The notes below the pieces were generated by a model that did no database searches, was not told where the DNA came from, and worked only from the letters and a program-made list of their open reading frames with translations. This document shows, piece after piece, positions 31,167-38,975 of a stretch of 64,000 bases of DNA. The stretch's first letter is position 1. Every line of letters begins with the position of its first letter. The stretch lies in NCBI GenBank assembly GCA_965218795.1, contig OZ244653.1, forward strand, positions 4,634,472 through 4,698,471, written 5' to 3'. This stretch comes from a bacterium (GTDB taxonomy: Bacteria > UBA8248 > JACPRG01 > G963555815). A program made the translations under genes and the position numbers.

Positions 31167-32834
31167 CTACTTCTTTTTGGTAGCAGGGGCCTCTTTCGCA
31201 GGGCGGGGTACCAGGCCTTGTGCCAGATTGCTCTGTCCGAGGATTGCCGCAGCACCGGCGAGTCCGCTTCCCGCGCCTTGCACCAGGACATTGGGAACCT
31301 TCACAAGTGCTGGATTCTTTACGGCAGCAGCCAGCATTTTTTCGAGCAATGCCAGTTGCAATACGCGATCCTGTCCCAGAACTTCGGCCTGGGCCCTCTG
31401 GCCGGCGGCGATTTCCAGGAGGCGAAGCTTTTCCCCCTCGCCCTGCAGCTTGGCAGCCCGTTTTCGCTGTTCGGCGACCTTCACCGCAATCTCAGCCGCA
31501 ACCAGTTGCGGTTGTCTGTCCGCCCGCGCTCTCGTATTCTCGGTCTTGATCCGCTCCTGTTGCGCTTCTTGCTCTCTTTGATAGGTTCTCCTCAAAAGCT
31601 CGGCAAGCTGTTCACGTCGCCGGGCGACCAACAATTCAGGAGGAATGATGGGCTCGCCAAAACGGACTTCTCGAATAGAAAGACCTGCCTTCTGGCCTTC
31701 CGGCTGAATTCTTTTCTCCACCCGTGACTCAATTTCCGCTCGTTGCTCTTGAAGGTCCAGAACCTTGCGTCCCTTTGCGCCAACGACATTTCTTATGACG
31801 CTTCGGATCGCCGGCGTCAGAACTTTATCCTCGACCTCTTTAATCCCGCCAACCGAGGCGACGACGAAGGGAGCGTCTTCGGGTGTTACCTGGCCCAAAA
31901 CCCGGAGCTCAAGCGGGACATCCCATCCTTCAATACGGGCCATGATGGCATCCACCGCATTAGGGGGAACAGGAATGTCCCGGCGTCTTTCTCTCTGAGT
32001 GATTTTCCCCTCTTGATCCACGGATAGGTCGATATAGCGCCGCAGATATCCACCTTTGTATGTCCATGCATGGATGAGGGTGCTGATGATTGTGACTTCA
32101 TAGGCACGATGGTTTAAATAATACTTTCCGGGAAAGAGCGGCTCGCTCCAAACGCCGATACAGTTTTTCGAAACAAGCGGAACCGAAATGAAGGCTTCCC
32201 GTCCAGTCGTCATGCGCTTGCAATCTTTTATCGCCTGGACGTTTGACTTGACCACGCCGACTTCGCCGGCCCGGATGCTTGTCGCATTACCCTGCTTGAC
32301 CTCAAACAAATACTGATTGACGCGGTATCGTCCGGGTTTCAACACCGTCAGTTGAGGACCCTTCTGCCCTCCTTTCTTCAGGAAGTACGCCGCATCCTGA
32401 ACCATCTTTACGAACTCGCGCTCCGGCCATCTATCGGAGAGAAACTGTTCTTTTCTCAGTGAACGGCCATCTCGGGCGGTAACAAATCCGTATTTCCCCT
32501 CGGGGATCTCCAAGATGGACTTCTGCTCAACGTCGTGAATGACGTTGAGCAAAGGTCGGAAATGGAACCCCGGAGGCAAAATCTCCGCTTGGGGGCCCTT
32601 CTCTCCGTTTGCGGCGATGATCCTCCCTGGAGGCAGAGACCTTCCAAAATAAATTTTCTTGAGGTGGCCGACCTCATCCGCACCGATATGCACGTATGAG
32701 GTGGAGAATACGAGAAACACGGCGATTATTCCTAACACAGCTCTCAGGGCCATCCTTGAGGCTGCATCAGGAATTCTTCGAGGAACAAATACTGCGGCCA
32801 CAAGAAGCACGATTGCAAAGAGCACCCACGTCAT
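31167..32834 (-). CDS. Flotillin / SPFH (band-7) family membrane protein (YqiK-like)
   Basis: 555 aa. N-terminal TM segment, SPFH domain, then a long Glu/Arg/Ala/Gln-rich coiled-coil tail (..EQRKRAAKLQGEGEKLRLLEIAAGQRAQAE..). GC content is clearly lower than the surroundings. Confidence 0.8.
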   Translation of the reverse strand: MTWVLFAIVLLVAAVFVPRRIPDAASRMALRAVLGIIAVFLVFSTSYVHIGADEVGHLKKIYFGRSLPPGRIIAANGEKGPQAEILPPGFHFRPLLNVIHDVEQKSILEIPEGKYGFVTARDGRSLRKEQFLSDRWPEREFVKMVQDAAYFLKKGGQKGPQLTVLKPGRYRVNQYLFEVKQGNATSIRAGEVGVVKSNVQAIKDCKRMTTGREAFISVPLVSKNCIGVWSEPLFPGKYYLNHRAYEVTIISTLIHAWTYKGGYLRRYIDLSVDQEGKITQRERRRDIPVPPNAVDAIMARIEGWDVPLELRVLGQVTPEDAPFVVASVGGIKEVEDKVLTPAIRSVIRNVVGAKGRKVLDLQEQRAEIESRVEKRIQPEGQKAGLSIREVRFGEPIIPPELLVARRREQLAELLRRTYQREQEAQQERIKTENTRARADRQPQLVAAEIAVKVAEQRKRAAKLQGEGEKLRLLEIAAGQRAQAEVLGQDRVLQLALLEKMLAAAVKNPALVKVPNVLVQGAGSGLAGAAAILGQSNLAQGLVPRPAKEAPATKKK

Positions 32835-32847
32835 CGCACCCCTCCTT

Positions 32848-33069
32848 CTAGAACGGGTTGTCGGTTCTTTGATACCAAGCGGGAATTTCCCATTTCAACT
32901 TGGACCGAATCCCCTCTGGTCTCGTTTGGAGCTTGAACTTAAATTCACCATTCCGCAGCACCCGGATTGAAACCACGTCTCGCAATTCTGATAGCAGCAT
33001 GATCTTCCTTATAATTATTGGCTGTAGATCTGAAAAGCAGCGAAATAAAAATTGGAAGGATGCGACCAT
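32848..33069 (-). CDS. Small protein immediately upstream of flotillin (possible NfeD-like OB-fold partner)
   Basis: 73 aa. Its stop is 14 bp before the flotillin start, in a low-GC region. Assignment rests on position only. Confidence 0.3.
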   Translation of the reverse strand: MVASFQFLFRCFSDLQPIIIRKIMLLSELRDVVSIRVLRNGEFKFKLQTRPEGIRSKLKWEIPAWYQRTDNPF

Positions 33070-33439
33070 CTTCCATTATGACGTAACCTTAGTCCTCGCT
33101 GGCATTAACGCACGTCTCCTTTCTTTTTAGATATCAGAAGTGCCATCTTGTTAATCGATCCCAAGCTCTCTCGATTGATTTCATGATCCTCAATCGTTAT
33201 TACCGGAATTTCCCATATCAAATCCGGACAGGCCTGTACCGACCCCTCGTTGCTGTTTAACTCAATTAGACCCCTCTCTATCCGGACCTGTCAATCCCAT
33301 TTCAGGTGCCTGAAACCTTAATCGGAGCGTTATCCACCATTGAAAATCATGCCACCCCTCCGGGTAGGCGAGCCTTCCCAGCAGGTCATCTGGAAGGGAC
33401 AGAACATTCACCATTTTGTCCTCGAGTGGACTGCGCCAA

Positions 33440-35144
33440 GGCTATCCTGGATATCTCACAAAGAAAGAGAGCCAAGCCGGTTTTTTTCGGGTAAACTCTT
33501 TTTGATCAACGGGTTGCCCGAAGAAAGGAGACCGACTTGACTCGCACACAGAGTATCGCAGAACAGATGGAATTCCAAGGGTTGGGTTCTCGGCGTGTGA
33601 TCGCCACTTCCAACGGCGGGGCGATCACCTCTGATGCGGGCGGTCTTTTGCTACGCGACACCGAGGGGCGGGTGAAGCTGATCGCAGGCTTCGCGGCCTG
33701 TTTTGAGGACGGTCGGGACGCGAGGCGGGTGGAACATGAGTTGGGGGCGTTGTTGCGGCAGCGGGTGTACGCGCTGGCGCTTGGCTATGAGGACGTCAAC
33801 GACCACGAGCGGCTTCGCTTTGACCCGATGCTCCAGATCCTCTCGGGCAAGCTGGAGGCCACGCGGCGCAAGGGGGGTCCGGCCCTTGCGGGCAAGAGCA
33901 CGCTGAACCGTTTGGAGCGTCTTGCGGGCGATGGCGATGAGCGCTACCACAAGATCGCCTACCGAGGCGAGGCGATCGACCGGCTGTTGGTGGACAACTT
34001 CCTTCGGTCGCAGAGGCGGGCGCCGGGTCGGATCGTTTTGGACATCGACGCCACCGACGACCCGGTGCACGGCTGTCAGAAGGGGCGTTTCTTCCACGGC
34101 TATCACGGTCATTACTGCCACCTTCCGCTTTACATCTTCTGCGGGGATTTCCTTTTGTGCGCTCGGCTTCGGCCCTCCAATATCGACGCCTCCTCGGGGG
34201 TGGTGGAAGAGTTGGAGCGGATCGTTGCCCAGATTCGGGCACGCTGGCCGCAGGTGTCGATCCTGCTTCGGGCGGATTCGGACTTCTCGCGCGAGTGGAT
34301 CATGGCCTGGTGCGAGGCGCAGGGGGTGGATTACGTGTTCGGCCTGGCCAAGACCTCCCGGCTGCAGGAAGCGGTGAAGGACGAGCTGGCCGAAGCGAAG
34401 GCGCGTCATCAGAGCACGGGGAAGGGGGCGCGGTTATTCCGGTCGTTTCCTCACCGGACGCTTACATCCTGGAGCCGGGTGCGGCGGGTGGTCGCCAAGG
34501 CCGAGCACCTGGCCAAGGGCGCCAATCCGCGCTTCATCGTGACTTCGCTGGACGAGGAGGCGATCGACGCGAAGCCTCTGTACGAGCGCATCTACTGCGC
34601 CCGGGGGACGATGGAGAACCGGCTCAAGGAGCAGCAGCTCGACCTGTACGCGGACCGGACGTCGTGCACGCGGATGCGCTCCAATCAGTTGCGGCTCTAC
34701 CTGTCGGCGGTGGCCTATGAACTGATGCATGCGTTGCGTCGGCTAGGCCTTCGGGGGACGGCGTTTGCAAAGGCAACGTGTGGAACGGTGCGGACGCGGC
34801 TGCTGAAGATCGGGGCGCAGGTTCGGGTGAGCGTGCGGCGGGTGCACGTGGCCCTTGCGACGGGTTATCCGTACATGAATGTGTTCTTCCACGCCTGGCG
34901 GAACCTGCGCGCGGGGCCGGAGGGAGAGCCCGCCGTCTAAGACAGATTGCAAAATGAACGCGCAGGGAGTCGAGGCAAACGTGCGTGCGGAGCCGAGCCA
35001 AATCGGCCAAAAAGCCCCTCTCACGGGTCAACTCCAACCACCCACCGGCCCTGGCATCCACCGCAAAAGCGACAGACAGGAAAAAACACTCCAATTCACA
35101 CCCGATAATCCATCCGCCGAGTGGGTGGTGAGAAATGCGGGCTA
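33440..35144 (+). mobile_element. IS1380-family insertion sequence, copy 2 (identical to copy 1, same orientation)
   Basis: Sequence identity with 28940-30645 begins and ends at these coordinates. The right end runs straight into the truncated helicase gene. Confidence 0.8.
33537..34940 (+). CDS. IS1380-family DDE transposase (copy 2)
   Basis: Protein identical to the 29038-30441 product. Confidence 0.85.
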   Translation: MTRTQSIAEQMEFQGLGSRRVIATSNGGAITSDAGGLLLRDTEGRVKLIAGFAACFEDGRDARRVEHELGALLRQRVYALALGYEDVNDHERLRFDPMLQILSGKLEATRRKGGPALAGKSTLNRLERLAGDGDERYHKIAYRGEAIDRLLVDNFLRSQRRAPGRIVLDIDATDDPVHGCQKGRFFHGYHGHYCHLPLYIFCGDFLLCARLRPSNIDASSGVVEELERIVAQIRARWPQVSILLRADSDFSREWIMAWCEAQGVDYVFGLAKTSRLQEAVKDELAEAKARHQSTGKGARLFRSFPHRTLTSWSRVRRVVAKAEHLAKGANPRFIVTSLDEEAIDAKPLYERIYCARGTMENRLKEQQLDLYADRTSCTRMRSNQLRLYLSAVAYELMHALRRLGLRGTAFAKATCGTVRTRLLKIGAQVRVSVRRVHVALATGYPYMNVFFHAWRNLRAGPEGEPAV

Positions 35145-38100
35145 TACGGCCGAGCGCGAGCCGGACCTCGGTTTCACCACCAGTTGGGTACAGGAAGGCA
35201 CGAACCAACGCGTGCTGCTGGACACGTTCTTCAGCGCCGCCAGGCCGGATCAATCGCTCGTCTTTTTTTACGCGAAACGCACACCGATGGCGGAAGACGT
35301 CCGCCGCGTGATTGTTGGCGTCGGGCGTGTGAAAACCATTGGCGCGGCGACAGCGTATCGCGACGTCGTCGGCACCCGGCCGAATAGCAAGATCAATGGC
35401 TACCTGTGGGAACGCAATATCGAGCACTCGATACGCCCTGATGGTACGGACGGATTTCTGCTGCCTTATCGCGAACTGATCGCACTCGCCGAAGACGATG
35501 CCAGTCTCGATCTCGGTGCCTGCACCGCTTTTGCCCCGGACGAGTACTTTGAACAGTACTCCTATGGCAGCGAGCTGCTGCCGCAGGATGGCGCCATTGC
35601 CTCATTGCTGGCGCTGGAGAAGGCAATTAAGTCCATGCGTAGCCTGCTCGAGGCACCCTGGGCGGAGTACCTTCAGTGGATAGACCGAGAGCTTAACCGG
35701 CTATGGCAGGTGCGCGGCGCCTTCCCCGGCCTCGGCGCGACCCTGCATGCGTTCGGCCTGCCACATGGGAATCTGTTGGTGTGGCACCTGGTGGGCGACA
35801 GCGAGAAAGCCATCGACCCGTGGCCTGTATTGACTGCGGCACTCAAAAAGCCGTCGTCCCTGCCGGAATACCTCCGCGACGGCATTGGCAAAACCCAGCA
35901 ACAGAAGTGGGAAAAACTTCCGGACTCGCGCCGCGCGTTGCCGGACTCGCGCCGCGCGTTGCTGATGCTGTTGGCGCGGTTCAACCTGACCAATGTTCAG
36001 GCGCTGCGGTGGTATCAGGAGACCGAGAGGGACAGCGCAGGCATCACGCTCGACGACAAGGATATCCTGGCCAACCCGTACACGATCTATGAAGCTGATC
36101 GTCTTCAAGCGGACCCCATTGCATTCGCGGTGATTGACCGCGGCATGTTCCCCCCGGAGCCGCTGCGCAAGGATTTCCCGACCCCCGAGCCCAGCAGGGT
36201 GCATGAGGCGATAGACCCGCGACGCGTGCGCTCGGCAATGATCCAGACGCTGGAAGACGCGGCCGGTGAGGGGCACACACTGATACCGGCCTCCTGGCTG
36301 ATCCAGCGCGTGCGTGCGCGGCCCATGAAACCAGAGTGTCCCGTAGATGCAGACACGCTTGCTGTCGTGGGAGACAGCCTGGAACCATTGATTACGACAG
36401 TCAATCTGGAAACAGAGGACGATGCGTTTCAGCTCGATCGCTATGTCGAAACGTCGAAGCTGATCGGCGCTGCGATTACGAAGCGCAGAAACGGCAAGGC
36501 AAACGGCGGTGAATCCGATTGGGCCGCGTTGGTTAATGAGGCGATTGATGAGGGGAAAAAGAAATCCGCACTTACCGCTGACGACAAAAAGGCACGTCAG
36601 GAAAAGGCTGCTGCGCTGAAAGAATTGTACCGGGGCCGGGTTTGCTTATTGATGGGATCTGCCGGTACCGGTAAGAGTACATTGCTGAAAGCCCTATGCC
36701 GCATCGATGCAGTGTTTAAAGGCGGCATCCTGTTGCTCGCCCCTACCGGCAAAGCGCGCGTCAGACTCGAACAAGCCAGCGGCATGGCCGGCCAGGGGAA
36801 AACCGTCGCGCAATTCCTGAACGGATTGCAGCGTTACGATGGCAATACCGGACGTTATTACGTCAATACCGACGCTCCTCGCTCATCGGCGCATAAGACC
36901 GTCGTGATCGACGAATGCTCGATGCTGACCGAAGAGCAGCTCGCGGCTCTACTTGACGCCGTCAAGGGTGTTGAGCGTTTGATCCTGGTTGGCGATCCGA
37001 AGCAGTTGCCGCCGACCGGAGCCGGACGCCCCTATGTGGACATCGCGCAATGCCTGAAGCCCGACAACATCGACAGTTTGTTCCCGCGCGTCGCTTCCGG
37101 ATATGCCGAACTGACAGTAACCATGCGGCAGGAGACCACAGGCGATGCGGCACGTGTGGATGTGCTTCTGGCCAATGCATTCAGTGGGCGCGCGCTGGAT
37201 GCTGGCGCCGACGAGGTGTGGCACGCGGTTACGGCTGGGGAAACCCGATTTGTGAAGTTGGTACGCTGGAATCAGCCGGACCAATTGCAAAAGCTACTGC
37301 TAGCTGAATTGGCGGCAGTACTCGGATTGAAATCCGCCGATGATGAAATCGGCTTTGAGGAATCCATCGGTGGCACGGCTTCCGAGTACAACGGCCAGAC
37401 CAATATCTTCTTCAACACGCGCTACAAGGCGCTCTCTGGGGCTGCGGAAAAGGCCGAGCAATGGCAAATCCTAACCCCAGTCCGCCAGAACCAGACAGGT
37501 GTACTGGCGCTGAACCGCGCCATTCAACAGCAGTTTCGTAAACGTTTCCTTGATCTCGCGGTACGTTCGGGGTCCCAGAAAAGGATCATCACGAGTCCTG
37601 CCGGGCCGGAAAGCATCATTTACGGCGACAAAGTGATCAATATCGTCAATAGCAGTCGCCGTGGTGTCTACCCTGACAAAGACGACCGTTATGTTGCCAA
37701 CGGCGATATCGGGGTGGTGACCGGGCACCGGCGCACGAAGAAGAAAGACTGGAAGCCGGTGGAGGTTGAAGTTGAACTGGCCTCGCAACCGGGGTTTGTC
37801 TACAAGTACAAATCATGGGAATTCGACGCCCAGGAGAGTTCCCCGCCCCTGGAGTTGGCCTATGCGCTGACCATCCACAAGACGCAAGGCAGCGAATTCG
37901 GCACGACGTTTTTGGTGATTCCCAATCCCTGCCGGGTACTCAGCCGGGAAATGCTGTACACGGCATTAACGCGGCACATGGGAAGAGTCATCATTCTCCA
38001 TCAGGGTGATTTCCGCGAGCTGCAACGCTTCAGCCATGATGAGGCGTCGGAAGTCGCGCGACGCATGACGAACCTGTTCAGGCCGTCGCGACCTGTAGAA

Positions 38101-38520
38101 GTGCGAATCAGCAACCAGTCGGTGTTCCTTGACAGCAACCTGATTTATTGGACTGAGCGCGGTGAACTGGTGCGCTCCAAGTCTGAATGGATCATCGCCG
38201 ACAAGATGCATGCCGCCGGCATCGACTATCAATATGAACAAGCTTTGCTCCTGGCAGGCATTGAACGTTTCCCGGACTTCACCATCGTAGATGACGATAG
38301 TGGGAGCACCTGGTACTGGGAGCACAATGGCATGCTCAGCAACAAGGATTACCTCAAGCGTTGGGATCGCAAGCTGGCTGCCTACCGAGAGCAAGATATT
38401 CTGCGGTTAGAAGAAGGTGGCGGGAAGAACGGCACCTTGCTGGTCACAGAAGAGCAAGCAGGCACCGGGCTCGACGCCGGGCACATACAAAGCAATATCG
38501 ATGCGATTCTGGCGGGATAA
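35145..38520 (+). CDS. RecD-like SF1 helicase (AAA_30 / UvrD_C_2 type) with C-terminal endonuclease-like domain, 5'-truncated by the IS
   Basis: The annotated ORF (34879-38520) begins inside the IS right end and reads through in frame. After the junction: a beta-rich N-terminal region, Walker A LLMGSAGTGKSTLLKAL, Walker B VVIDECSML, RecD motif LILVGDPKQLPPTG, motif V/VI YALTIHKTQGSEFGTTFLVIP. The last roughly 150 aa (WIIADKMHAAGIDYQYEQ...PDFTIVDD...WYWEHNG) resemble a Vsr/PD-(D/E)xK-type nuclease fold. Confidence 0.75.
35920..35961. repeat. Perfect 21-bp tandem duplication inside the helicase gene (in-frame, LPDSRRA x2)
   Basis: ccggactcgcgccgcgcgttg repeated twice back to back. Confidence 0.8.
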
Positions 38521-38536
38521 ATGTACACCGAACAGG

Positions 38537-38909
38537 TGAAGTTACCCCGTTTCGATGGACGATTTAGGGTTTTCGCCACCAGTCCTGAGGTGGGCGATAG
38601 CCGGTGGACGTAAAGTCTTACCCACGCCCGGTGGATAGGGTCCCACCCGGAGGGTATTTCTGGACCTCCGGCTCGCCGATCCGGGAAGCATCGGGGACGG
38701 ATCGAGCCGGGCGATGAGCGTTGCGCGCCGCACGCGGCGTTGCCTTCGCGGCGGACCGCTCGAAGCCGTTGGGGCTGAGGTAACCCAGGGCAGAGTGGCG
38801 GCGGCGCGGATGATACCAGCTCTCGACGAAGCCGCCGCAGCTCCTCGAGCTCCGTGCTCCTCAGACCGTCCTCACCTTTCACACAGTCCGATGGCTCAAA
38901 CCTAGCCAA
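38537..38909 (-). mobile_element. IS3-family remnant (internally deleted; related to the element at 61601-62786)
   Basis: The reverse strand encodes an OrfA leucine-zipper piece (STELEELRRLRREL) joined directly to the OrfB C-terminus (PRRRHSALGYLSPNGFE). The terminal roughly 100 bp are about 85% identical to the right end of the 61601-62786 copy (..agactttacgtccaccggct.tcgcccacc.caggactggtggcga..gaaacggggtaa..). Confidence 0.55.
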
Positions 38910-38975
38910 GCTATAAGGGTCGGATTTATGCGTCCTTTGGATTGATCCTGGCTTCAGCGAGCGCAGACCTCGCTC

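Noticed and set aside
34879-35144. Treating 34879 as the native start of the 1213-aa helicase ORF
   Set aside because: The first 266 nt are IS1380 right-end sequence, and the same short ORF ends 6 bp after the IS in copy 1. The read-through is an insertion artefact or fusion, not the original N-terminus.
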